A stretch of 64,000 nucleotides of DNA from Escherichia coli (GCF_011045215.1 NZ_CP049201.1); one strand, 5' to 3'. Counted from the stretch's first letter, positions 17,496-28,337 are shown. Numbers and translations: made by a program. The notes: generated by a model from the sequence alone, not told the origin.

Positions 17496-20400
17496 TTATT
17501 CAAACAGGGCTTCAATATCGTTAATTAGCTCGCTGGCGGTGATGGCATCGAGTACGGAGAACAGCGCTTCCTGTGTTGAATTACTCCCCCAGCCATAGCT
17601 TTCCGCTTTGCCTTCCCATAGCCACAGCTTGCTTAAGAGCTGCTCAGCGCTAAGTTCGGCTGGTGACATACCCACTGCAAAGCCTTCATCGATTTCCATG
17701 ATTAACGACCAGCGGCCCAGAGGTTTGATCATCCAGCCGATCCAGCCTCCATCCTGTGGTTCGCCCTTTATCCAGCCTTTATTCGCCAGCCCCATTACCC
17801 GACCGCTCGGGCATTTTCTGCCTGCCCAGCGGGTCAGTTCGCTGGCGTTGCGCTCGGCTTCTGTCAGGGCGTAACTGTTACGGTCAAGCTGGCGGAACGG
17901 TGGTAACAGTTCGTAGTCGGCAAAAAGCTGACCAAAGGCGGCAGCATCCGTCGGTGATATTTCCAGAACGTGAGGAATACCAATAGAGATATCGCCTTCC
18001 GGCAGGGTGAAAAGATCATCGTCAGCGGTGCTGTAGCTGTTATCTTCCGCTACGCGAAAGCAAGCCTGCAGCTGGTTTTCGGCGCTATAAACGCCCCAAA
18101 TCAGACGGCGGGTTAAGTGGCGAACCAGCGGATGCTCAACCAGGAAGAGCTGAAAGTTTTCCGGTGACCAGCGGCGACGCAGGCACATGGCGGATTCCAG
18201 CCTTGCTACCTGCTGGGCGGCGACGGTACGCGCATCTTTTTTCAGCAGTTTGTAGCGGTTAACAGCATCGTTCGCCTGTGATTCATCATCGCTTTTGTTT
18301 GGTTTGGGCAGGTCTTTCAGACGGCTGCCAGAAACATCACGCACAAACGGTTTTAAGGTTTCATCAAAGCTGACGGTGAACTGGCGTGAGCCGAAATCCA
18401 GCAGCAACGAACCGTTATCATCCAGACCGAGATCCGGTGCTAACCGATCTTCAAGCTCTGCCACCGTGAGTTCGCGGCTTTCGGCAATGTCGGCAATTTT
18501 TTCTTTTGCCCGCTCCTGTAATGCTTTGAATTTCAGTTTCTGGGCAATACCGTTAAGCTGCATCAGGGCGATATCACTACCGATAGCGGCGAGAATATCC
18601 AACCCAACGGTGGCGCGTTTATGCTGGGATTCACCAGGCCAGGCGCGTATTAATGGCGTCAGTTTGCGGGCGGTGTCATCGTTACCAAGAACGCCTAACG
18701 CAGTGAACGCCCAACTCTCTTTCGACGGTGCGCCCGCAGTCAGCCAGGCGGTAAACAGATCCCAGGCAAATTCAGCCAGTGAGTCGGCGGTACAGGCATC
18801 TTTCACCTGCAATAATCCCGGATACAGGGCCTCTTCCTGAGGGAAGCGGAGCATTTCACCGAGGTGCTGGAGTGCGCTATCTGGCAGTACCTTGCTGCTA
18901 TTTTTGAGTTTCGGGCGAGTCCATAATGGAGGTTGATAAAACAACGGTAAAGGGGGGATTTTCGCCGGGTATTTACCCACAGGACTGTTGTCGTTATTTT
19001 TATTTTGAGTTTCCCAGGGCGGCGAGACTAGTACCATTGGTAGAATTTCTGAGTTTGCAAAATCTTCATTGCGACTATTCAGCAATTGCTGACATTGTTG
19101 CAATAAATTTACCGCTTGCGACGATAATCCGATGACTAATTTTTCGACCAATAAAGGATTTGCATTAAGTAATGAAACCAGCAACGTATGTTTGCGTTTA
19201 TCATCTTTTTTTACCAATGCTTCGGCTAATGCCGCTATCGTGGCAGAAGGAAAATTTTCGGCACTTTTTATTAGTCGTTCATAACAGCGTTTATTAGTAT
19301 CGGCGGCTTCGATGAGTGCCGTAATGGCCAACGGATGATTAATACATTTCAGTACGTCACCGCAATTATCTTCTTCAGCATAGGGAGCCAGGCGAGCCAG
19401 TGCCGCTATACCTTGCTCCCGTAATACCGTAGCTGACCAACTGGCACCATAGGTGTTAAATACATCAATGTATTGATAGTTCTCCAGTATTTCGAGCGTG
19501 AATGGATCTGTCGCTACCAGTTTCAACATTTCAAGTTGTGGAACATCTGCGACCTGGTGTAAACGATGTACGATCTCATGGGCCACTTCGGGTATTTCTG
19601 GCATTAAAATGGCAATTAACGGTTGGCGATAGAGTGATATATCTGGTAACGCAACGAGTAATTTTGCAATGCAATTTTGCCATACTTCTTCTTCTGCTAG
19701 TGATAAATGTTTACGCAGACGTAAACTAAATTTGTCGTTATTCCTTCTATAACTGTCCTTGCTGCTATCTGCATAATTAATAAAGAAAGTCAAATGTTCA
19801 TCTTTATAGTCAAAATCGAAATCAATTTGCCACCAGAAGATGACAGTTTCAGTTGCGTATTCGATACCGAAGGTGCTTACAATTTCATCCAGCAACTCGG
19901 ATGAGGTTTCATCATTCCAGCCCTGACAAAAACATATTTCCAGAAAAGTAAGTACCGCCATAGTACGCGCGGGTATCTTAGTCTTTTGGGCCTTAATTAA
20001 GCTGATTGCCTGGCTAATCGCATCAGCCCATTCATCAGAGCATGAGCTGTAATCGAAAGTCAGATTTTTATAATAATGATAAGTACGATTTGCCAATCGG
20101 GAAATTAAATTTTGTTTCTCGGGTTTGGTTGGTTTTTTTACTGGCTCTCCCGGCCAAAGGCGGTGGCTGAGGGCATGGCGGGCAATATTCGGGGGAAGAA
20201 TAATGGGATCGTTGTCTGCCAGCCAGGGTAAACCATTAGTTGCTGCCTGGCGATTTATTGAGGCTTTTTCCTCTGTGACCAGGACTTTCTTTGCTGAGGC
20301 ATCATGTGAGTGAGCGTTAGCGTCTACTTGCTCCACATACCCCTTCTTCACCTTCTCCGCAATCAGCTTCAGTGCTGCTTTTTCCGCCGCCGCAGTATCT

Positions 20401-20528
20401 GCAAAGCTTTTTACCTGACTTTGCCCGTTGGTACCGACTTTACCCCAGTTAATATGCAGCTCGTTTCCCTGCTGCTCCACCGCCCAGAATTTATGTGATT
20501 TTTCGTCCTGATAAATATAGGTTTTCAT
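17496..20528 (-). CDS. giant WGR-domain/DUF4132-type protein, middle paralog of the tandem array
   Basis: 1010 aa; N-terminal about 65 aa near-identical to the 1269 aa paralog (MKTYIYQDEKSHKFWAVEQQGNELHINWGKVG...); conserved C-terminus ...ITASELINDIEALFE; 9 bp from the yehI start. Confidence 0.8.
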   Translation of the reverse strand: MKTYIYQDEKSHKFWAVEQQGNELHINWGKVGTNGQSQVKSFADTAAAEKAALKLIAEKVKKGYVEQVDANAHSHDASAKKVLVTEEKASINRQAATNGLPWLADNDPIILPPNIARHALSHRLWPGEPVKKPTKPEKQNLISRLANRTYHYYKNLTFDYSSCSDEWADAISQAISLIKAQKTKIPARTMAVLTFLEICFCQGWNDETSSELLDEIVSTFGIEYATETVIFWWQIDFDFDYKDEHLTFFINYADSSKDSYRRNNDKFSLRLRKHLSLAEEEVWQNCIAKLLVALPDISLYRQPLIAILMPEIPEVAHEIVHRLHQVADVPQLEMLKLVATDPFTLEILENYQYIDVFNTYGASWSATVLREQGIAALARLAPYAEEDNCGDVLKCINHPLAITALIEAADTNKRCYERLIKSAENFPSATIAALAEALVKKDDKRKHTLLVSLLNANPLLVEKLVIGLSSQAVNLLQQCQQLLNSRNEDFANSEILPMVLVSPPWETQNKNNDNSPVGKYPAKIPPLPLFYQPPLWTRPKLKNSSKVLPDSALQHLGEMLRFPQEEALYPGLLQVKDACTADSLAEFAWDLFTAWLTAGAPSKESWAFTALGVLGNDDTARKLTPLIRAWPGESQHKRATVGLDILAAIGSDIALMQLNGIAQKLKFKALQERAKEKIADIAESRELTVAELEDRLAPDLGLDDNGSLLLDFGSRQFTVSFDETLKPFVRDVSGSRLKDLPKPNKSDDESQANDAVNRYKLLKKDARTVAAQQVARLESAMCLRRRWSPENFQLFLVEHPLVRHLTRRLIWGVYSAENQLQACFRVAEDNSYSTADDDLFTLPEGDISIGIPHVLEISPTDAAAFGQLFADYELLPPFRQLDRNSYALTEAERNASELTRWAGRKCPSGRVMGLANKGWIKGEPQDGGWIGWMIKPLGRWSLIMEIDEGFAVGMSPAELSAEQLLSKLWLWEGKAESYGWGSNSTQEALFSVLDAITASELINDIEALFE

Positions 20529-20540
20529 TGTTAAATCCTT

Positions 20541-23500
20541 TTAATCAAACAGTGATTCAATGTCGTTAATCAGCTCGCTGGCGGTGATGTCGTCGAGCAT
20601 GGAGAAAGTGGGTGAGGATTGTTTACCATAGCGATCATAAGGGGCGGTGATTTTTACGCTTTCGACAGGCAGCAGGTCGCTATACCCCGTTTCGCCATAA
20701 ATTAATGAAAAAGGTTCCGTTTCAAGTTCGAGAGCACCATAAGGGGTAGATTTGCGCATCGCATAGACGCTGCCGCTTTCTTCCAGACGTTGCCAGCCTC
20801 GGCGTTCCAGCCCGACAATGCGTCCGGCCTGGCAGAGACGTCCGTTCCAGCGTGACAATTCATGGACATTACGTTCGTTATCAGCAAGGTGGTAACTACC
20901 ACGTTCGAACTGTTGGAAAGGGGGAAGCAGTTCGTAATCAACGTAAATTTGCCTGAATGCAGCGGCGGATTCAGGGGGGATTTCCAGCACATGCGGTATA
21001 CCGATGTTTCCTGCTGGCAGCGTGAATAACTCATCCTGCGCATCGCTGTAAGTGCTGTCTTCTGCCACGCGAAAACAGGTGATAAGAGCGTTTTCATCGT
21101 TATAACCCCCCCATAACAGCCGTCGGGTTAAGTGACGTACCAGCGGATGCTCCACCAGAAACAGGCGGAACTGCTCTGCCGTCCAGCGTCTGCGCTGGCA
21201 CATAGCCTGTTCCAGACGGGTAATTTGCTGGCTGGCGATAGCACGAACATCTTTTTTCAACTGTTTGAAGAGATTAACTGCGTCAGTTGCCAGTGTTTTA
21301 TCATCGCTCTGGTTTGGCTTAGGTAAATCTTTCAGGACTTTGCCGTTTGCATCGCACACTACAGGTTTTAAGGTTTCGTCAAAACCAACGGTGAATTTGC
21401 GGGGGCCGAAATCCAGTGTCAGCGAGCCACTGCTATCAAGCCCTAAATCTGGAGCCAGGCGGTCTTCCAGTTCAGCCATAGTCAGCCCACGGTTTTCAGC
21501 AACTATGTTGATTTTCTCGCGGGCATGTTCCTGTAATGCTTTGAATTTAATTTTTCGCGCGATGCCATTAAGCAGCATTAGCGCAACATCGCTGCCAATA
21601 TCAGCTAATACATCCAGCCCGGACACCGCCCGTTTATGCTGGGATTCCCCAGGCCAGGCGCGGATAAGCGGGGTTAATTTACGCGCGGTGTCGTCATTGC
21701 CTAAAATCCCAAGCGAAGTAAATGCCCAGTTTTCTTTTGCGGGTGCGCCAGCTTCTGTCCAGGCGGTATACAGATCCCAGCCAAATTCAGCCAGTGATTC
21801 GCGGGTGAAGATTTCTCTAATGATATCCAGCCCAGCGTAGGCGGTAATGTCGCGAGGAAAGCTCAGCATAGTGCCGAGGTGGCGCATAGCGTCATCTGAC
21901 AGAGGCAGGTTGTTACTTTTAAGCCGTGGTCTGCGCCACAAGGTGAACTGATAAAAGCCGGACAGTGGGGCGATTTTAGCGGGATATTCTTCCAGTGGGT
22001 CGCTATCGAACAATGTTGCCAGCGCAGCTAAAACATCAGGTTGGTTGTATCCCTGGGCGATTTCCTCAATCGTTTCTCGCTGGTTTAAATTCACCAGCAG
22101 ACGAAGCGCCTGGCGGGCACAATCACGATCTTTTCCCTGTTTGCCCAGGGCCACAGGAAGTAGCCCGGCGGCGGCATGGCGTGGGTAGTCAGTTAGCCAG
22201 TTTCGCGCATCTTCATAAGACATTTTTTTCTGTAGCTGTTGCGCCATCGGTAAGGCCAGTTCACTGACACCGAGGAAGAAGGTGAAGAAGCACAGGCGTC
22301 GTGGATTACGTTGCAGACAGGTCATAAATGCAGGTATGGCGGCGCTACCAAAAATTGCCAGAATATTTTCCTCACCAGAGTAGTTATCTTCTTTGACTAT
22401 CTGGTTAAGAAAAGAAATGGCCTGTTGACCAGGCAGGTAACAGAGGGCCATGAGATCCCAGCTTTTGTATGCATTGTTATGGTATTGCGCAAATTCAGCA
22501 TTGAGTGCTGGAAAATCGAAGCGTAGCAGGGCATCAACGGCGCTTTGTGGGGCCGGAATTTTTTCGTATATTTTCTCTCCGCTTTCCCGCCATTTTTCAA
22601 AACCAAGATGCCACAGTATTTGTTGCTCCGGTGTAAGCGGTATTAATTGTTTCTCCCAGCTTGCTTTTTTCATCGGCGGCAGGTCGGTAAACAATGTTTG
22701 TTTTGTCGCCTGCTGTTGGGCTATTTGCTGGAAGCGGGTGACAAGGTAAGTACGGGTTAGTCTTTTGGCAATCTCGGGAGTGACATCAGAAACAGAAGGA
22801 ACTGGAAGCACAGGAAGATCAAACACAGGCGTATTTTTCTTTTTCTCTTTGGTCATCCAGGGCGGCGAAACAAGCAGTTGTGGCAACATATCCGCAGTGG
22901 CGTATTCACACACTTCAGTCACAGGTTGCAGGCGACATTCAGATAAGATGCCAGCGGCTTTGGCATTCACCCAGGGAATGACGTCGCATACTAACTCTGG
23001 CGTGGCGGTAATCAGTTTGACAAGCGCTTTACGCCACTCTTTATCTTCATGTATTGCCAGCAAAGTAGCATAAGCCGCAATAGCCGCAGCGGGATGCTTT
23101 TGACTGGCCTTGCTTAAGTATTCCAGGTGCTTTTTCTTACCAATTACACCGAGGATCAGAATTTGAATCGCATCCGGGTGATTAGTTTTCCATAGCCATT
23201 TGACAAGATTTTCAGTCTCGCTGATGCGTTCGAAGAGATAAGTGGGATTGTCAGAATGGTCTTCCGTAAACTCAAGAAGTATCCGGCTTACACCGCGCAC
23301 CCCATTATTTGCCAACAACATTGCCAGATAAGCGCGAAAATTACGAAAATCACGATACAACGGTGGGAAGTCGTATTTTTCCACTGTACTCAGAGCAGTA
23401 TCATCGGTTATCACCAGTCTTAACCAGGCCATCGCCGGGACGTTTTGGTCTGCATAGCGTAGAGCTATAGCATGGGCGATATCCGGGCGTTCAGGGAGCA

Positions 23501-24350
23501 GTAACGCCGCAAAAGGTTGCCGTGCGGGGGATAGCGTCGGAATGGCGGTGAGTACTTTATCTACACAGCGTTGCCACTCATCTTCTGAAGCGAGTGAAAG
23601 ATGATGACATAGACGTTGATGCCAACTAGGTAGCGATTCTGCTTCGTGATTAGGTGGAATGATGGTGGTTACTGCGCCTTTTACTGGTTTATATTTGAGT
23701 TGAAGGGCAAAAAGGGCGATTTCAACGGCGCTTTCCAGACCACAGCGAATGACTAAGTCATCGACCAGTTCATCTGCAGAGTAAGAGTTCCAAAAACTCC
23801 AGAGCAATGCTGCATCAGATTGCGCACTCCCTGTCTGTTGATTATCCAGAATTCGCCTTTGTAACTCAGCAAAAGCCTGCTGCCAGTTTTCAGGATAAGA
23901 GCGGTAATTGTTGTCGGGATCATATGCCCTGGTGTTATCTGCAATACGCTTCCATATCTCACCGTCTTTGCGCAGATAATTGATCTCTCTGGGGCGAGAG
24001 CGATGAGGAAAAGCAAATCGGTTAATATCGTCAGTTACCGGAATAACTGCATCATCAGCCAGCCACGGGCGTTGGTTTTTACTCTCAGGGGAAGATTCAA
24101 CTTCAGGAGTGGCTTTGGTGATGGGGGAGATATGCACGTTTGCTGAAGCATTTTCCACATAGCCTTTTTTCGTTTTCTCTGCGATCAGCTTAAGCTCCGC
24201 TTTTGCCGCTGCCGCAGCATCTGCAAAACTTTTTATCTGGCTTTGCCCTTTGGTGCCAACTTTTCCCCAACTGATATGCAACTCGTTTCCCTGTTGCTCC
24301 ACCGCCCAGAATTTATGTGATTTTTCGTCCTGATAGATAAAGTGTCTCAT
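20541..24350 (-). CDS. molR: giant WGR-domain/DUF4132-type protein, intact here; K-12 counterpart is the molR pseudogene
   Basis: 1269 aa uninterrupted ORF adjacent to metG; N-terminal WGR-like domain (MRHFIYQDEKSHKFWAVEQQGNELHISWGKVG...); symbol assigned from position next to metG as I recall the K-12 map. Confidence 0.7.
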   Translation of the reverse strand: MRHFIYQDEKSHKFWAVEQQGNELHISWGKVGTKGQSQIKSFADAAAAAKAELKLIAEKTKKGYVENASANVHISPITKATPEVESSPESKNQRPWLADDAVIPVTDDINRFAFPHRSRPREINYLRKDGEIWKRIADNTRAYDPDNNYRSYPENWQQAFAELQRRILDNQQTGSAQSDAALLWSFWNSYSADELVDDLVIRCGLESAVEIALFALQLKYKPVKGAVTTIIPPNHEAESLPSWHQRLCHHLSLASEDEWQRCVDKVLTAIPTLSPARQPFAALLLPERPDIAHAIALRYADQNVPAMAWLRLVITDDTALSTVEKYDFPPLYRDFRNFRAYLAMLLANNGVRGVSRILLEFTEDHSDNPTYLFERISETENLVKWLWKTNHPDAIQILILGVIGKKKHLEYLSKASQKHPAAAIAAYATLLAIHEDKEWRKALVKLITATPELVCDVIPWVNAKAAGILSECRLQPVTEVCEYATADMLPQLLVSPPWMTKEKKKNTPVFDLPVLPVPSVSDVTPEIAKRLTRTYLVTRFQQIAQQQATKQTLFTDLPPMKKASWEKQLIPLTPEQQILWHLGFEKWRESGEKIYEKIPAPQSAVDALLRFDFPALNAEFAQYHNNAYKSWDLMALCYLPGQQAISFLNQIVKEDNYSGEENILAIFGSAAIPAFMTCLQRNPRRLCFFTFFLGVSELALPMAQQLQKKMSYEDARNWLTDYPRHAAAGLLPVALGKQGKDRDCARQALRLLVNLNQRETIEEIAQGYNQPDVLAALATLFDSDPLEEYPAKIAPLSGFYQFTLWRRPRLKSNNLPLSDDAMRHLGTMLSFPRDITAYAGLDIIREIFTRESLAEFGWDLYTAWTEAGAPAKENWAFTSLGILGNDDTARKLTPLIRAWPGESQHKRAVSGLDVLADIGSDVALMLLNGIARKIKFKALQEHAREKINIVAENRGLTMAELEDRLAPDLGLDSSGSLTLDFGPRKFTVGFDETLKPVVCDANGKVLKDLPKPNQSDDKTLATDAVNLFKQLKKDVRAIASQQITRLEQAMCQRRRWTAEQFRLFLVEHPLVRHLTRRLLWGGYNDENALITCFRVAEDSTYSDAQDELFTLPAGNIGIPHVLEIPPESAAAFRQIYVDYELLPPFQQFERGSYHLADNERNVHELSRWNGRLCQAGRIVGLERRGWQRLEESGSVYAMRKSTPYGALELETEPFSLIYGETGYSDLLPVESVKITAPYDRYGKQSSPTFSMLDDITASELINDIESLFD

Positions 24351-24449
24351 TCTGCATCCCTGTAATTTTATCCAGTTAAATGCAGATGCTACCAGTATTT
24401 ATGCGGGTTAGAGAGAGACAAAATCGCAAGAAAACAACTTTAGGAATTT

Positions 24450-24479
24450 ATAAAGAAAAGGCGCTGTCGATGCAGCGCC
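24450..24479 (-). terminator. rho-independent terminator of metG
   Basis: Minus-strand hairpin ggcgctg/cagcgcc followed by a U-rich run (plus-strand aaagaaaa), 12 nt past the metG stop. Confidence 0.5.
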
Positions 24480-24490
24480 TTGAAGGGGGA

Positions 24491-26524
24491 TTATTTCACC
24501 TGATGACCCGGTTTAGCACCAGCATCCGGGCTTAGCAGGAAAATATCTTTCCCGCCAGGACCGGCAGCCATCACCATGCCTTCAGAGATACCGAAGCGCA
24601 TTTTACGTGGTGCCAGGTTAGCCACCATAATGGTGTGACGACCAATCAGTGCCTGCGGATCCGGGTAAGCAGAACGAATGCCGGAGAAGACATTACGCTT
24701 TTCGCCGCCGAGATCCAGCGTCAGGCGTAGCAGTTTGTCAGAACCTTCAACAAACTCTGCGTTTTCAATCAGCGCCACGCGCAGGTCAACTTTGGCGAAG
24801 TCGTCAAAGGTGATGGTTTCCTGAATCGGATCATCTGCCAGTGGGCCAGTAACTGGCGCGGCAGCTGCTTTCACTTCTTCTTTAGACGCTTCCACCAGTG
24901 CTTCAACCTGCTTCATATCGATGCGGTTATATAGCGCCTTGAACGGATTCACTTTGTGGCCCAGCAGCGGTTGCTGGATACCATCCCAGGTCAGTTCCGT
25001 ATTGAGGAATGCTTCTGCACGCTCGGTCAGTTTCGGCAGTACCGGCTTCAGGTAAGTCATCAGCACGCGGAACAGGTTTATGCCCATCGAGCAAATTGCC
25101 TGCAGGTCAGCATCGCGGCCTTCCTGTTTCGCTACCACCCACGGAGCCTGTTCATCGACATAGCGGTTAGCCAGATCAGCCAGCGCCATAATTTCGCGCA
25201 CTGCTTTACCAAATTCGCGGCTTTCCCACGCTTCACCAATCACTTCAGCGGCATCAGTGAAGGTTTTGTACAACTGCGGGTCAGCCAGTTCGCTTGCCAG
25301 CACACCGTCAAAACGCTTGTTGATAAAGCCCGCATTACGAGAGGCCAGGTTAACCACTTTATTAACGATATCGGCATTCACGCGCTGAACGAAATCTTCC
25401 AGGTTGAGATCGATATCATCAATGCGCGAAGAGAGTTTCGCAGTGTAGTAGTAACGCAGGCTGTCGGCGTCAAAATGATTCAGCCAGGTGCTGGCTTTAA
25501 TAAAGGTACCGCGAGACTTGGACATTTTCGCGCCGTTCACCGTCACATAGCCGTGAACAAACAGGTTGGTCGGCTTGCGGAAGTTGCTACCTTCCAGCAT
25601 TGCTGGCCAGAACAGGCTGTGGAAGTAAACGATATCTTTACCGATGAAGTGGTACAGCTCGGCGGTGGAGTCTTTCTTCCAGTATTCATCGAAGCTTACG
25701 CTATCGCCGCGCTTGTCGCACAGATTCTTGAAAGAACCCATATAGCCAATCGGTGCGTCCAACCAGACGTAGAAATATTTGCCCGGCGCGTTCGGAATTT
25801 CAAAACCGAAATAAGGGGCATCGCGGGAGATATCCCACTGTTGCAGGCCAGATTCAAACCACTCCTGCATTTTATTTGCCACCTGCTCCTGCAACGCACC
25901 GCTGCGGGTCCATGCCTGCAGCATTTCGCTGAAAGAGGGCAGATCAAAGAAGAAGTGTTCAGAATCACGCATTACCGGGGTGGCGCCAGAAACCACCGAT
26001 TTCGGCTCGATCAGTTCAGTCGGGCTGTAGGTCGCACCGCAGACTTCGCAGTTATCGCCGTATTGATCCGGGGATTTACATTTCGGGCAGGTGCCTTTCA
26101 CAAAACGGTCCGGCAGGAACATGCCTTTTTCCGGATCGTACAGCTGAGAGATGGTGCGGTTTTTAATAAAACCGTTTTCTTTCAGGCGAGAGTAGATAAG
26201 TTCTGACAACTGGCGGTTCTCTTCGCTGTGCGTCGAGTGATAGTTGTCATAGCTGATGTTAAAGCCTGCGAAATCAGTCTGATGCTCCTGACTCATTTCG
26301 CCAATCATCTGCTCCGGGGTGATACCAAGCTGCTGAGCTTTCAGCATGATCGGTGTACCGTGGGCATCGTCGGCGCAGATGAAGTTGACCTCGTGGCCGC
26401 GCATTCGCTGGTAACGGACCCAGACATCAGCCTGGATGTGCTCCAGCATATGGCCGAGGTGGATTGAGCCGTTAGCGTACGGCAGTGCGCACGTCACCAG
26501 AATTTTCTTCGCGACTTGAGTCAT
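24491..26524 (-). CDS. metG: methionyl-tRNA synthetase
   Basis: 677 aa from [29 protein letters not shown] (HIGH motif), KMSKS present; ORF track starts 3 codons upstream. Confidence 0.95.
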   Translation of the reverse strand: MTQVAKKILVTCALPYANGSIHLGHMLEHIQADVWVRYQRMRGHEVNFICADDAHGTPIMLKAQQLGITPEQMIGEMSQEHQTDFAGFNISYDNYHSTHSEENRQLSELIYSRLKENGFIKNRTISQLYDPEKGMFLPDRFVKGTCPKCKSPDQYGDNCEVCGATYSPTELIEPKSVVSGATPVMRDSEHFFFDLPSFSEMLQAWTRSGALQEQVANKMQEWFESGLQQWDISRDAPYFGFEIPNAPGKYFYVWLDAPIGYMGSFKNLCDKRGDSVSFDEYWKKDSTAELYHFIGKDIVYFHSLFWPAMLEGSNFRKPTNLFVHGYVTVNGAKMSKSRGTFIKASTWLNHFDADSLRYYYTAKLSSRIDDIDLNLEDFVQRVNADIVNKVVNLASRNAGFINKRFDGVLASELADPQLYKTFTDAAEVIGEAWESREFGKAVREIMALADLANRYVDEQAPWVVAKQEGRDADLQAICSMGINLFRVLMTYLKPVLPKLTERAEAFLNTELTWDGIQQPLLGHKVNPFKALYNRIDMKQVEALVEASKEEVKAAAAPVTGPLADDPIQETITFDDFAKVDLRVALIENAEFVEGSDKLLRLTLDLGGEKRNVFSGIRSAYPDPQALIGRHTIMVANLAPRKMRFGISEGMVMAAGPGGKDIFLLSPDAGAKPGHQVK

Positions 26525-26655
26525 AGTAGGCATTACTTCTTAATAGTGAAAAGGGGTTAGATAGTACCAAATGGGAAAATGTTAAGTAAGTACTTCTCTA
26601 TATTCTTCAGGTAAACTATCAGCTGATGGTTTATCTATACAAAAAAGGAGTCGGG

Positions 26656-27765
26656 ATGAACGAACAATCCCAGGCCAAATCACCAGAAGCCTTGCGCGCA
26701 ATGGTCGCCGGGACACTGGCCAATTTTCAGCACCCAACCCTGAAGCATAACCTCACCACGCTGAAAGCGTTGCACCATGTCGCCTGGATGGACGACACGT
26801 TGCATGTGGAACTGGTTATGCCATTCGTCTGGCATAGCGCGTTTGAAGAGTTAAAAGAGCAATGTAGCGCCGAACTGCTGCGTATCACCGGGGCGAAAGC
26901 TATCGACTGGAAACTGTCGCACAATATCGCCACCTTAAAACGCGTGAAGAATCAGCCGGGTATTAATGGCGTGAAGAACATCATTGCGGTCAGTTCCGGT
27001 AAAGGCGGCGTGGGTAAATCCTCCACGGCGGTAAACCTGGCGTTGGCACTGGCGGCGGAAGGGGCGAAAGTCGGCATTCTGGACGCCGATATCTACGGTC
27101 CATCAATTCCCACCATGCTGGGCGCAGAAAATCAGCGTCCAACTTCGCCGGACGGTACCCATATGGCACCGATTATGTCTCATGGCCTGGCAACCAATTC
27201 AATTGGTTATCTGGTCACTGACGACAATGCGATGGTGTGGCGTGGACCGATGGCGAGCAAGGCGTTAATGCAGATGTTGCAGGAAACCTTGTGGCCGGAT
27301 CTCGACTATCTGGTGCTTGATATGCCGCCAGGCACCGGTGACATTCAATTGACGCTGGCGCAAAACATTCCAGTAACTGGTGCAGTCGTGGTCACCACCC
27401 CGCAGGACATCGCGTTGATCGATGCGAAAAAAGGCATTGTGATGTTCGAGAAAGTCGAGGTTCCGGTGCTCGGTATTGTCGAGAACATGAGTGTGCATAT
27501 TTGCAGTAACTGTGGTCACCATGAACCGATTTTCGGTACCGGTGGTGCAGAGAAACTGGCTGAAAAATACCATACACAGCTGCTGGGGCAGATGCCGTTA
27601 CACATCTCCTTACGTGAGGATCTCGATAAAGGCACGCCAACGGTTATCAGCCGTCCGGAGAGCGAATTTACCGCTATCTACCGCCAGCTGGCTGACCGCG
27701 TTGCAGCTCAGCTCTACTGGCAGGGTGAAGTCATTCCAGGCGAGATTTCCTTCCGCGCGGTCTAA
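26656..27765 (+). CDS. apbC: Mrp/ApbC-family P-loop iron-sulfur cluster carrier ATPase
   Basis: 369 aa from MNEQSQAKSPE; deviant Walker A SGKGGVGKSS; CxxC motif (CSNCGHHE); divergent from metG. Confidence 0.9.
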   Translation: MNEQSQAKSPEALRAMVAGTLANFQHPTLKHNLTTLKALHHVAWMDDTLHVELVMPFVWHSAFEELKEQCSAELLRITGAKAIDWKLSHNIATLKRVKNQPGINGVKNIIAVSSGKGGVGKSSTAVNLALALAAEGAKVGILDADIYGPSIPTMLGAENQRPTSPDGTHMAPIMSHGLATNSIGYLVTDDNAMVWRGPMASKALMQMLQETLWPDLDYLVLDMPPGTGDIQLTLAQNIPVTGAVVVTTPQDIALIDAKKGIVMFEKVEVPVLGIVENMSVHICSNCGHHEPIFGTGGAEKLAEKYHTQLLGQMPLHISLREDLDKGTPTVISRPESEFTAIYRQLADRVAAQLYWQGEVIPGEISFRAV

Positions 27766-27793
27766 CGCCTATTAACCATTCTGGTTATTCTTC

Positions 27794-27836
27794 ATACACC
27801 GCAGAGATGTTATATTGATGCGGTGTATTTGTTTTT
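27794..27836 (+). terminator. rho-independent terminator of apbC
   Basis: Stem atacaccgca / tgcggtgtat followed by ttgttttt. Confidence 0.55.
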
Positions 27837-28026
27837 GCCGCATTAATGAACACTTATTTAATACTGCGAATATTCAGTGGATCTTAGTCCGAAACTGTAC
27901 AAAGTCGATTGATCGTACAGGCAATGCTTCATTATCATCCTTCGTGCTGTGTAGTGGATGTACAGCTATAGTTTGTTATGCACTCATTCTATCCAGGCAT
28001 AACCTTTACTACAGGGATAACGTTCA

Positions 28027-28308
28027 ATGAATAAGTATTGGCTGTCAGGAATTATTTTTCTTGCCTATGGATTGGCTTCTCCCGCGTTCTCTTCAGAGAC
28101 TGCAACATTAACGATTAATGGCAGGATCAGTCCCCCAACATGCAGTATGGCTATGGTTAATAGTCAACCTCAACAGCATTGTGGTCAGTTAACGTATAAT
28201 GTCGATACCCGTCATCAGGTTTCTTCGCCCGTCAAAGGTGTAACGACAGAAGTGGTTGTTGCAGGTAGTGATAGCAAACGTCGAATCGTGTTAAATCGCT
28301 ACGATTAA
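28027..28308 (+). CDS. yehE: small secreted protein preceding the yeh fimbrial operon
   Basis: 93 aa with N-terminal signal peptide (MNKYWLSGIIFLAYGLASPAFS). Confidence 0.8.
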   Translation: MNKYWLSGIIFLAYGLASPAFSSETATLTINGRISPPTCSMAMVNSQPQQHCGQLTYNVDTRHQVSSPVKGVTTEVVVAGSDSKRRIVLNRYD

Positions 28309-28337
28309 TTTGGCAACCTGATTTTAATTGCATTTAG

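Noticed and set aside
18295-18840. 181 aa plus-strand ORF, with a similar 191 aa ORF at 21265-21840 and a 76 aa ORF at 14899-15129
   Set aside because: Antisense shadows inside the three WGR/DUF4132 paralogs; their mutual similarity only reflects the conserved sense-strand coding block. Useful as evidence of the DNA repeat, not as genes.
24956-26206. 416 aa plus-strand ORF
   Set aside because: Lies entirely antisense to metG; long antisense frames are expected in a well-conserved gene; no start context.
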